Source: Thecamonas trahens ATCC 50062 (lineage: Eukaryota > Protista > Apusomonadida). Taken from it: a stretch of DNA of 64,000 bases. The position numbers were made by a program, and so were the translations under genes. Under the pieces are notes generated by a model. The model was not told where the DNA came from. It worked only from the letters and a program-made list of their open reading frames with translations, and searched no databases. Shown one piece after another: positions 21,909 through 33,400 of this stretch (positions are counted from its first letter, which is position 1; the number at the start of each line of letters is the position of its first letter). The stretch lies in NCBI RefSeq assembly GCF_000142905.1, contig NW_013657674.1, positions 90,393 through 154,392 of the forward strand, given 5' to 3'.

Positions 21909-22847
21909 ATGGCGATGAACAGTGAGAGCGAGAGTGAGAGCTATCCCAAGTTGCGGGCGTTGATGGCGACGGCCGACGAGGCGACGCTGCAGCGGATGAT
22001 GGCAAGCAAGAGCAGGGCGGTCAACCGCGCTGTCGATGCAGGCTTTGACCCGCGGGTGGTGCATCTGGAGGCCCAGCTTGAGCTCATCGACGCCGAGCTG
22101 CAGAAGCGGCGGGCCGAGCACGAGCGTGCGTCGCCGCCGGCGGAGCGGACTCTCTATCCGACCCGGCGGGTGAAGATGCAGTGCACTGTCGAGCCGTTTA
22201 TGGCACGCATCCAGCGCGCCTGCCCGTTCCGGCTGGAGCGAATGGCGCAGGGGCTCAAGCTCAAGCTTGGCAACGCTACCGACCGCGGAAATGCCTCGCA
22301 GGCGGCGGCGTTGGCGAGCCGGCTGGAGATGGTCAAGACCGAGCTGGCGAGCCGTCGTCGCGAGGCGGGCGACGGCTCGCTCGCTGCGCGAGGCAAGCAG
22401 CGGCGAATTCAGCGGCTCCACATCAAGATCGAAAAGCGCCCGGCTAGCACCGAGGGACACAAGGCCCCGCTCCGCATCCAGCTAGCGGGCCTCAACAAGC
22501 TTCCATTCTTCCGGATGCACCGCATCGTGCGAGAGGTGCCGACGCCCGAGGAGACACCCAAGCTCTGCGGCGAGGAACTCACGACTGCCGTAGCCGCGCG
22601 AGTTGCCGCCGACGAGAACGTGCCTTGCGTTTGGGCGGAGCAGCTCCTGATCGAGCGGGCCGAGGCCGCGCGGGAGCTGGAAAAGGTCCGGAAAAGGCTC
22701 ACTGCCGCGCAGGACAAGCTCGCCGCCGCGCAGAGTCAGACCAAGCCAAAGCCGCGCGCAACGTCAAAGCCGGGCCGACGGCTGCCGCGGCGACTGTTTG
22801 ATGCGCCGCTGATGATGTGGGCCGGGCCAGACCGGACGTTGGTGTGA
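21909..22847 (+). CDS. Hypothetical coiled-coil, basic protein
   Basis: About 312-aa ORF with GC3-biased codons and heptad-like helices; stops 27 bp from the convergent gene. Confidence 0.6.
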   Translation: MAMNSESESESYPKLRALMATADEATLQRMMASKSRAVNRAVDAGFDPRVVHLEAQLELIDAELQKRRAEHERASPPAERTLYPTRRVKMQCTVEPFMARIQRACPFRLERMAQGLKLKLGNATDRGNASQAAALASRLEMVKTELASRRREAGDGSLAARGKQRRIQRLHIKIEKRPASTEGHKAPLRIQLAGLNKLPFFRMHRIVREVPTPEETPKLCGEELTTAVAARVAADENVPCVWAEQLLIERAEAARELEKVRKRLTAAQDKLAAAQSQTKPKPRATSKPGRRLPRRLFDAPLMMWAGPDRTLV

Positions 22848-22874
22848 ACGCACGCGCAAGACGCGGCTGGCCGG

Positions 22875-23498
22875 TTAAAGATCCAGATGGTGGAGCGAGT
22901 CGATGGTGGCAGCCATGTGCGGGTCGAGCGGTGACCACGGATCAGCCGCGATGAGGTCGTCGACCTTTGCGCGCTGGCTCAGGGAGAGCGGCGGGTCGGG
23001 ACAGACATCGATGCAGAGGGCGCGGGTCATGGCCGAGAGCTGAGCGCGGAGCGCGTACGAGCTGGACGACCAAAGCTTTGTGCCCAGCTCGGGATCGTCA
23101 AGAACCTCTTCAACAACGTGGTTGCAGGCGCGGAGCAGCATCTCGCACACCGGCCCGCACATGGACTCCTCCTCAGGATGGACGATGAGGTCGAGGAGCG
23201 GGCCGGCATCCTCCTGCGAGTCGTCGATGACGAGCTCGGTCTGGCGGGCCCAACGAGAGGCAGCCGAGTCTGGCGCGCACGCCTCCTCAAACATGGCCAT
23301 GAACAAGTACTCGGGCTGCCTGTAGCTGGTCGAGTCGTGCAGATCGGCCGCAGAGGTCATGGCTGTCTGCACCACCAGCCCGCACACCGCACACCGCGCC
23401 GACCGGTCCACCGACCACCGCCCGGCCTCCGTCCCCGCCAGCAGCACCACCGCCACCACCAGCACTGCATACATCCCAGTCCGCCACATACCCATCAT
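22875..23498 (-). CDS. Secretory saposin-like / canopy (CNPY-like) protein
   Basis: Signal peptide; RCAVCGLVV, EEACAP, LLRACNHVVEE and LCIDVC cysteine pattern; C-terminal HLDL resembles an ER-retrieval signal. Confidence 0.65.
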   Translation of the reverse strand: MMGMWRTGMYAVLVVAVVLLAGTEAGRWSVDRSARCAVCGLVVQTAMTSAADLHDSTSYRQPEYLFMAMFEEACAPDSAASRWARQTELVIDDSQEDAGPLLDLIVHPEEESMCGPVCEMLLRACNHVVEEVLDDPELGTKLWSSSSYALRAQLSAMTRALCIDVCPDPPLSLSQRAKVDDLIAADPWSPLDPHMAATIDSLHHLDL

Positions 23499-24316
23499 GA
23501 TGTACCTTTGTGTTGTGTCTACGTGTCTCTGTAGAGTCGACTGTGTACTGCATACTGGCCTCCACCACTGCCGTCCCGCGCCGTGTCGCGAGTGGCACAC
23601 GCGACCGATCAGCGGTGGCTGCTCCAGGAGAGAAACGGCCTCTCGGCCACCATCGGAACGGATATTCGAGTCACGGGTGCAGCATAGAGATAGATGGCCC
23701 ACTGGAGAGGTGAAGAGTGCGGATGGCGGGTGAAGGGGCGGCAGGAGAGGTGGGATCGTGACCTGAGAGGTGGCCATAGTTTGGCAGACGGTAGATCGCC
23801 TGATCAGCAAGAAGCAAAGATGATGTTCCATGGGACATCATCTCGGGAGATGGGTAAGATCGAGAGTGCGATGGCTGCGTTTGCCTGGCGGTGCCTGTGG
23901 CTCTATCTATGTATGGTTGTACTTGATGCAGGATGGTATGGTAGCGACTGGATGGTGTTTGACCGTGAGCTTGCATCGCTGTTTGGTCGACTTGCTGACG
24001 GACACGCTCTCCACCATGATGGTGATGGCATGTGGCTTGTGATCCATGGCGCGATGATGACCACTGGCGGAGCACAACCGGGTTTGTTGAGATACATGCG
24101 CGGCATGCGTGATGGTCATGGCACCGCCAGACTGGCCGTGTCCGCCTGTAGCTCGTAACTTTTGTCGGGACGATGATGTGGCCTCCAAGAATAGGTCATT
24201 CTTTGCCGACGTGGTAGTGGAGCGGAGACCGGCGACGACAGCAGACAGCGATGGCGACGAGTCGGCGGCGGCGACGGCGACGGTCACCCGTCTCGCGTAG
24301 GCATCACTGAAGAAGC

Positions 24317-25173
24317 ATGTCGTCTCGGCAGAGCAAGGTCCAGTCTGGCCAGCTTGTGGCCATCATTGGTGACGAAGTACGCTATGTCCACATGCCCCCC
24401 TCCTCCCCCTCCCCTCCCCCCCATGCCCATACCCATGCCCCCCTCCCCAGGAAGGAGGGTACCCTGCCATGTCACGCGCACTCACCACATTCCCTCCTCT
24501 CCCCACCCCCCCCACCCCCCCTACCCCCCCCACCCCCCCCGACACACAGGATACCATCACGGGCTTCCTGCTTGCTGGTGTGGGTGAGGTGACNNNNNNN
24601 NNNNNNNNNNNNNNNNNNNNNNNNNNNNNNNNNNNNNNNNNNNNNNNNNNNNNNNNNNNNNNNNNNNNNNNNNNNNNNNNNNNNNNNNNNNNNNNNNNNN
24701 NNNNNNNNNNNNNNNNNNNNNNNNNNNNNNNNNNNNNNNNNNNNNNNNNNNNNNNNNNNNNNNNNNNNNNNNNNNNNNNNNNNNNNNNNNNNNNNNNNNN
24801 NNNNNNNNNTGGTATCCTGGTAGCGCACCCACCCCCGTCCACTACCCACCCCACCCCTCGACCCCACGCCCCCGCCCTAACCCCACCGCCCACCCCCCCC
24901 CCCCACCTCACCGCCCTCCTCTCCCTTTGCCCGCCTGTAGAGACCACCGTGCAGATGCTCGAGGACGCCTTCAAGCGATTCACTTCGCGTGACGACATTG
25001 CTGTGCTTCTCATCAACCAGCACATTGCCCACGACATCCGTCATCTCCTCGACGCCTACTTTGAGCCCATCCCGGCCATCCTTGAGATCCCCTCCAAGGA
25101 GCACCCGTACTCGGTTGAGCATGACTCGATCATGCAGCGCGTTGCTCTCGTCACCGGTGAGCGCGATGCTTAG
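24317..25173 (+). CDS. ATP6V1F: V-type ATPase subunit F; exons 24317-24376, 24550-(gap), 24941-25173
   Basis: LVAIIGDE|DTITGFLLAGVG and RDDIAVLLINQHIA...ILEIPSKEHPY. Introns are GT-AG; part of the gene lies in an N gap. Confidence 0.93.
24594..24809. other. Assembly gap
   Basis: N run. Confidence 0.99.
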
Positions 25174-25457
25174 CCCCAGCAGCCAGGCCCCCCCCAGCAG
25201 CCAGGCCCCAACAACCAGGCCTGGCACCAATCCGCGGCCCTCCCCATCCTCGCCGCTCGCCCGCCCCCCCCCTCTATCGCTCACACCACCATCACCACCT
25301 CCACCCCCTATCGCTGGGCAGATGCAGCCCCCCCTCATACCCACAAACCAATGCCCCTCCCCTCCCCTCCCCCCCTTCCCCCCCCCCTCCCAACACAATG
25401 TGCCCCTCCTGTCACACCAGCCCAACTCTTCTCCTCTCCCCCTCCCCCCCCTCCCCC

Positions 25458-27328
25458 ATGCCCGCCCCCCGAAGCCACCTATCCACCCACTCGTCGGGGA
25501 CAGTCTCCAACACCACCGCCACCTTGTCCTCGGACTCGGACTCGTCAGCCTCCGCTGCCTCAGCCTCGGCCGGCGCAGCCCACCACTCGCCGTTCTCGGC
25601 CTCGCCCACCCGCTCCTGCTCCTCCTCTTGCTCCTCCTCCTCATGCTCCTCCTCCTCGTCTCCGGGCTTATCATCGCCACACTCGCCGCTCGCCACCCGC
25701 TCGACGCCACCGGCCCATGACCGCCCGCCGGGCTTTGCCCTCCCGCCGCCTGCGCTCACCTTTGTCTCGACTCTCCCGGAGATCACCCACGAGCCGCAGC
25801 CGGCCGATGTGGTAGCGCTCGCGGCGCTGACTCTGCCGCCGGGCGACGTTGAGGTTGTCATCTTCCATCGTGGCTGCCCCGATGGCATTGGCTCGGCCTT
25901 TGCCGCCCACTGCGTCCTCGGCGGGAATGCAGAATACATCGCCATAGGCCACGGCGAGCGCCCCCGCTGGAGCGCATCCGCGGCAAGTGCGTGGCCATCT
26001 TTGACTTTTGCTTCCCGCCCGACGACATGCGCGACGTCGCCGCGGTCTCCGCCAACTTTGTCGTCCTTGATCACCACACCTCGGCCGCTGTGGCCATGGC
26101 CGGCCGCTTTGAGCGCACCTTTTTCGACTTTGATCGCTCCGGCGCCATGCTGGCGTGGCAGTACTTTCACCCTGGCGTGGCCGAGGCCGACGCCCCGCTC
26201 CTCATCCAGTACATCCAGGACACCGATCTGTGGCGCTTTGCCCTGCCCAACGCCGCAGACTTTTCCGCCGCCCTCAAGGCCCAGCCGCGCCTCTCGCTCC
26301 AGTTCCTCTCAACCCTGCTCGACCACGACGAGCTCGACCGATTCATTGCCCGCGGCTCAGCCATCCGCTCGTACATTGACGCTGCCGTTGCCCGCCAGCT
26401 TCCCACCGCCGGCTTCCGCGCCTTTCACGGCTACGAGACGCTCATCCTCAACGCCTCGGCAAACATGTCTGAGCTCGGCAACGAGCTTGCTCGCCTCGCA
26501 CCCATCGGCCTCGTGTACTACACCAACCACGCCGCCGCCGGCCGGATTAAGGTGTCGCTGAGAACCGTCGACCCGGCCATCGACGTCTCTGCCCTCGCCG
26601 CCCTCCACGGCGGCGGCGGACACGCCAAAGCCGCCGCCTTTGTCCACCACGGTTCGTCCATCGACGAACTCTTCGACAACGCCGCGGGATCGGCCTACGC
26701 TGCGGCCGCGGCCGCTGTTGTTTCCTCGGCCTCGGCTGCCGCGGCTGCCACCCGAGCCACCCCCCCGGCCACTCGCCCAGCTTCCGACGCCCGCGCGCCG
26801 TCCGGGTCGGATCCGCGCACTGGCGCGCGGGCCGCTCCGCCGGCACCAACTCCTACGTCGGCCCCGCTTTATCCCCGCCCGCCGCCCGGCCCGCCACCGG
26901 GCGTCCAGTCAAAGTCAAAGCCGACACCGTCGTCGGCGCCGATTACTCCGCTTCTGCCATCAATGTCGACGATGGCGTCGATGCTCTCCAACCGCGCCGG
27001 GACCTCGCCGCCGCCGACGGCACCCTCGCCGCCGCCACCGGCCTCGCCGCACGAGGCTGCCCGCATCCAGGCCAAGATCATCGAGCACATGCTTGTCCCG
27101 CACCACCTCGTCGGCTTTATTCTAGGCCGCGGCGGTTCCGCCATCCGCTCCATCCGCACCGCCTCGGGCGCCTTTATCAAGATCCAGAACCGCTCAGAGG
27201 TTGCGCCCGACGCTTCGGGCCGCCGCGTCACCTTTTCCGGCACCCAGCAGCAGGTCTCGGCTGCCCGCGAGCTCATCAAGGCCCGCATGGTCGAAGCCGA
27301 GCTTAACTTTCATCGCCGTCGCCTCTGA
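25458..27328 (+). CDS. DHH/DHHA1 phosphoesterase (NrnB/nanoRNase-like) fused to a C-terminal KH domain; frameshift at C5 run 25961-25965
   Basis: IFHRGCPDGIGSAFAA, IFDFCF, VLDHH, IQDTDLW, KVSLR and GGGGHAKAA motifs; KH VPHHLVGFILGRGGSAIRSIRTASGAFIKI. The start codon is uncertain. Confidence 0.8.
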
Positions 27329-27486
27329 GCCTTTTCTCACCTCGAGCCGCCGTCATGCGATACCGATCGGCCGGCGCGTGGCGGCTGCCACGCGCGGTGA
27401 TAGGACTTGCGTCAAACTGTGTATTGTGTTTGCGTTGTTCACTTTGAGATGCGCGTCACAGCGCCTGCATGATCGCTCGCGGCTAG

Positions 27487-30400
27487 TTAGTAGTTGAGCG
27501 CACAGAACATGGCGACACCCTTCTTGACCCACTCGGCCCCACCGCCAACAAGCTCGTCGTCGCCATCGTCGGCCTCGCCCTGGCTGGCGACCTTGATCGG
27601 GAGCTCAATCGAGGTGATGTAGTTAGTCGAGTGGCCGGTGGTGGAGAGCTCACCGGCACGGGCAAGCGTCTTGTACACCGGGCAGACGTAGACTGAGTTC
27701 GACGGCTTGGGCTTGTCCGGCACCGGCTTGAGCCAGATGACCGGCATGAGGGTGTAAAGCTCCTTAGAGCGCGAGTCGACAATGGCGCCGGCGTCCTGCG
27801 ACCACCGCGCGCCTTCCATGTACAGGCCCGAGATGTAGCAACCGTCCTCGGGTGGTCCGGCGGCCTCCAGCTCGGCCTTGGTCTCGGTCATGACCACGTG
27901 CTCGAACGAGAGCGTGTCGACCGAGACCAGGTACTTGCGCGCATAGTTTTGCAGCGTTCCGGTGAGGAAGGCCTGCGGGAAGAAGAAGCCCGAGATCCAG
28001 TACACCGTCGGGTTGCCCTCGCGCGCTGCCCAACCCGCGATGAACTCCATTCGCGCCACGAGGTCGACCACCCACGCCGAGAGCGGCTTGAGCGACGGGT
28101 ACGCCATCGTCTCCCACATCTTGGGCACCTGGTTGTGGTACAGTGAGTTGCCCATCTCCTCCAGCTCGAGCGACATGACCACCAGCCCGTCGAGCGCGTC
28201 GAGCAGGTCGCCGAGCGACTGCTTGACCACACGCAGCAGCGCGTTGTACCGCATCACCTCCTGAATGAGCACCGTCGACATCGACTCCTTCGGATCCAGC
28301 GGGTGTTGCGCAGAGACAAGGCTCTCGTCAAGCGGCCCCGGTACACGCTCCAGCACCTCCACCGCGGTTGCCTTGACCTTGTCCTCCACCGAAAGACTGG
28401 CACCGGCGCTGGCGCTCTTGGCCGCATCAGCGCCCTTGGTCGCACCGGCCTCTGTGCTCTCGTTGAGGTCAGCCGAGCTCGCCGATGCCACCGCCGCCGT
28501 TGCCGTCGCCGCCGGCTGCAGCTTGACCATTGCCGCAAACATGGCAGCGACCTCGTTCTGCACAAACGTGATGTCTGCGTTCTCGTGCATGCCAAACAGA
28601 TGTGGCGGGTCGTTGTGCGGGAGCGCCTCGACAAAGTCCATCACACCCTTGACCGTGTCAGCCTCTGGGTTGGCGTAAACGTCGTCGCCCGCGTAGCGGA
28701 ACTGCGAGTCGAGGACCTCGGGCGTGTAAAAGTCGCCCAGGATGGTCATCAGCGTCCGCCGGTCGATGTCGTCCGTCACGCGGCCACCGTAGTTGATGTG
28801 CCCGGCGAGGAACTTGAGGACCCGGTACGGCGGTGCAGGGTACGCCTCGAGGAACATGTGCAGCTGCCGGATGCAGATGGCCAGGTCGCCGCGAGTGTAC
28901 TCGTACGGGATGTTCCACCCGAGTGGGCCAAACTTGCGGCGCTCCTGGATGACCGCGTGGAACATGGCGAGCGAGTAGAGGAGCTTGCGCCACACCCGCG
29001 GGTTCTTCGAGTCGTCGAGCGCACCCTCCTCCAGCGACGCGTACGTCCGCAGCAGGTTCGATCGCACACCCTTGGGCGGCTCGTTGGTCATCTTGACAGA
29101 CTCCTGCAGGACGACAACCGGAAACTCAGGCGACGGCATCGAGGTAAGCCACAGCCGGAAGTCGCGGTGGATCTTCTCTGGCTGCCACGAGACCACGATG
29201 CGCTCGAGGTCCGGCATCCACGACGTCGCGAGGTGGCAGTTCTCCAGCAGCACCCACGTCCCGCGCTCCATCGCCTCGGCAATCATCTCCTCGGCACGCA
29301 CGCCCTGTCCACGGCCAAGCGAAATAGTCGCCAGCTTCTTCGAGAACCGCATTTCCACCGCAAACTTGTACAAGTCTGCTCCGGGATCCGCGCCCGGCGA
29401 GAGGACAAAGATTAGCGGCGTCGTTGGCGACGAGTCGCGGTAGACAGAGGCGAGATCAAACGTCGGCGGAATGATAAACTCCTTGCCCAGCTCCTCCGCG
29501 ATAAAGTCCTCCACCGCGCCGGCGACCTTGTCCAGCCGCAGGCACCGCAGCAGCGCAATCCTCTGCACCGCGTTCAGCCGCTCCTGCCACAGGCCCGGGA
29601 GTTCGAGCTTGTGCGGTGCGCTCGAGTTAAAGTACTTGGCAAAGAACTCAATGTGGCGCACAAAGTACGCGGTGAAGCCCGAGAACCGCGGGAGCACAAG
29701 CTCGAGCTTCTGCACAGCCTCCCACGCAACCTGCGTCAGCCACTCGGGCGCAGGGTTGCTCTTCGACTCCTCCAGAATGAGCGACGAGCCGCCGAGCAGG
29801 AACCGCCACTCGTCGGCATCGACGTAGTCCGGCTGCGCTCCGCGAAGGATCCGCGTGCAGAGCAGGAACGAGAAGAGCACCTTGTGCCGCTCAAACAGAG
29901 AGCGGCAGACGTTGCGGTAGAGCGAGTACGTAAAATACTCGGAAATGTTGTTGAGCCGCACCCCGAGCTCGTCGTCGGGCTCAGAGTTGGCCAGCCCGGC
30001 CGAGAACAGGCCCATGAACCAGTTGAGTGAGTACTGGTACATCGGGTCGACTGCGGCCAGGTCGGTGATGCAGAAGAACAGAATGCGCGCGCGGACCGCC
30101 ACAGGCTGGTACTGCCGCCGCGTGGCGTCGATCTCCACTTCGGTCTCTTCCTGCTCCACCACCTTTTGCTTGATCTCCAGCGAGACCTTCTTCGAGTTGG
30201 CGAGCTCGTCGATGAGCACCTCGTCCTCGAGCGGGTTGCCCTTGGCTGACGAGAGGAGGAACAGAATCCGGTCCTCGATCTCGGCAAGCTCCTGCCGCAT
30301 CTTGGCGTTTGAGGAGACCAGGTGGTTCTTGGTATCCTCCAGATCCGGCCGCTCTTTGGCCACCACCACGCCGAGCAGTTGCTCCTCCAGACCCTCAGGC

Positions 30401-33400
30401 GAGAGGGTAAAGTTGAGCAGCGTCACCTTGGTCGACGTCTCCGGCTTGTAGTGTGGGTTCGGGAGCTTGGTCGTGATGTACAACCTAAAGTCGTCGCGGT
30501 ACGGGATCTCCTGGTCGCCGACCTTGATGCATGGCCCGGTCTCGCGCTCCACCACTTGCTTGAGGAGGACAGGCTCGAGCGCAGGGTCCAGGCTCTCTGG
30601 CACGTTCTCGAGTAGGACCGGCTTGCCGAACCGGATGGCGTTACCCAGCGTCCGCAAGTAGTCCTTCTCTGACAGCTTGATGACGTCGAGCCCGTTCTCG
30701 GCCTCCATGTTGCGGATCCACTTGTTCGCCTGGCCCTGCGGGTCAATCATGAGCGCCCACCGGCGCGAGTACTTGACGATAACGCCGTTCTCGGTCGAGA
30801 GCGTGTCGTTCGGCAGGCCCGCGAGGTTCCACGCCCGCAGCTCAATGGCAGAGCCAAGGACCGTCCGGATCGAGAACGACGGCGTGTGCGGAATGTCCAG
30901 CTCGCCCATCTTGGCCAGCCACCCCGCCACCAGCTCCTCGCGAAATGGTGTCGTGAACGCGCCTAGGTACCCAATGACAGCTGCGGCAAGGAGGGCGTCG
31001 CCCACCAACGCGTGCAGCGAGCCCTCGATGTCGGCAATGCCCTCCTTCCACCGGTCCTTCTCGTCGGCAAGGCCGCCGATGAGCTTGTGCGCCCGCGCGA
31101 GGTGCTGCTTCGTCTTCTCTACCTGCGCCTGCAGGTCCTCCTTCCGCTTCACCGAGTCCTCATACTGCTGCTCGAGCTCCAGAATGGAGCCCTCCAGCTC
31201 GGCGAGCTTGTCCTGTGACTCCTTGAGCGAGAGGAGCGTGGCATCGAGCGAGGCCTTGGCCTCGGCATGCGCCTGTCGCTTCGGCGCCACCACCTTGGAG
31301 ATCTGGTGGTACTTTTCCATTGCGCGGACCCACATGCAGATCGACTTGCACGCCACCGAGACGCGGACCACCTTCTCCGGCTCAAAGTCCGGATCCTCAA
31401 TGTACGGCTGGATCTTGGCAATCGTCGCCTCGGGAATGTTGTCCTTCGGAAAGTCGTACATCGAGTTGAGCAGCTGCATCGGGTTCGAGAGGAGCTGGCG
31501 CGCCACCGGCCAGTAGTCGTCCTGCTTCTTGCCGATGGCTCCAGGCACATCCACTTTTTGTGGCCGCTTGCCAAACATGATGCACGTGGCGGACATGACC
31601 ATCTTGACGCCTGCTGGCGGGTTCTGCATCGCCTTGATCTCAACAAGATCCGTCCGGTCGAGCTCTGAGAGCGCAACGAGCGCGGCGTCGAGCGCCGGCA
31701 GCGCCTCGTCGAGGTCACGCTTGGCCGACGCCGCAATGTCCTCGCACTCGCGCGCCTTCTTCCGCGCCTCCTCCTCCTCTTGCATGACCACCACCCGCGA
31801 CTTGGCGGCAGACTCCTTGTCGCCGTTGATCCGGATCATAGTCGACTCAACCTCCTTCTGGAGCTGCACAAGGCCCGGCTGCATGGCCTCGAGGTCCTCC
31901 TGGAGCACCTCGACGTCGGCCCGGGTCTTGACCAGCCGCTGCAAGCCTACCTCCAGCCGCGCCTTGCGCGTCTCAAACGCCTCGGCCTTGGTCTTCTTCA
32001 CACTCTCGTACACGTTGAGCAGCTCGAGGTACGAGGCAGGCGTCACGTAGTTGAACCGCCCGGCCTGCACAAGGAACTTGGCCGACGCGCCGACCACAGA
32101 CTCGTGCATCGTCGCCGCGCAGTCGACCATTGCCGCGTGGACCGCCGGCGAGTACTCGGCAGCCACCGGCGCGAGGAACTTGTTCGCCACAGACTCGAGC
32201 GCGTCGAGCGGCCAGCGCGAGAACCAGTCGATGGTGGTGCACGCAATGAGCGAGGGGAACATCCGGATCCGGGTCCGGAACTCGTTGCCAATGGGCGACA
32301 TGGCGAGGACGCAGTGAATGTTCGCCCGGAGCCGCTTGACAAAGTGGTCGAAAATGGTGGTCTTGGTCACCTTGATCCCCAAGTTCTGCACCACCGGCCG
32401 CATCGTCTCCAGAATGGCCTCCTCCTCCTCGGGTCCGAAAATGTTGGGCACCACGCCGGCGTTGAGAATGTTCGAAATGTCCTCCAGGAACGACTCGTGC
32501 ACAATCTGCGAGTCGGCAAAGAGGAAGACCAGGCTCTTGCCCTCCACACCGGCAAGCATAAACATCCTCCGCAGGTCCTCGTGCCACTCGGCCACACCGT
32601 AGCTCTTGGAAATCTCGATCGAGAACACCTCGTAGCCGGCAATAAACGCCGCAAGCCGCGCCAGCGACCGCCGCCCACTCCCGCCCATGCCCAGCAGCAG
32701 GCAGTTGCCCTGCGGCTGGCGGATGGTCCGCACAATGCGTGAAATGTGGGCAATGGCGTCGTTGAACATGACCAGGTTCATCGGATTCTCCTGCGTCGCG
32801 TTGTACTCCTCAAGATACTCTTCCACCACCCGGAGAAGCACGCTCATGTCCTCCACCCGCGCGTACACCTTGGGATCGGCGTTGGGCACCAAAAGTCGGC
32901 AAAGACCACGTCGTCGAGCTCTGCGCCGCTCACGGCTCCGGCCGCCGAGCTGCTGCTCCGTGCGGCAAGGCCGAGATCCTTGGCCACGTCCAGCCACCGC
33001 ATGCCAAACTGCGAGGCCATAATCTTCTTAAGCTCTCCCTTGAACCACTCGCGATCGTGCGCGTCGACGAGACGGTCATGGAAGACCCGGGTGCACTCGT
33101 GGGCCCAGAGCGCCACCAGCTCGGCCCGGCTCTGCACCGCCTCACGCGATGCCTGTACCACGCCTTCGACCACCTTGGACAGGTCGCGGAGGTTGTACGT
33201 GTAGTGCGACCGCGACGGTGTCGGCCGCAGCTCGGCCTGGATCGAGGCGTAGACTGAGATGGTGCCCTCGACCACCGACTTTGTCAAGCTCGCCACCTCG
33301 GGCACAAACGAGCCAAAGAACGAGTCCATGATGGTGGTAAAGACACGACTCATCGACTCGCGTGAGAGCTCAGTGAATGAGAGCAGGTTAAAGTGCCGCT

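Noticed and set aside
23694-24158. 154-aa intergenic ORF
   Set aside because: No motifs and atypical codon usage; probably a promoter region.
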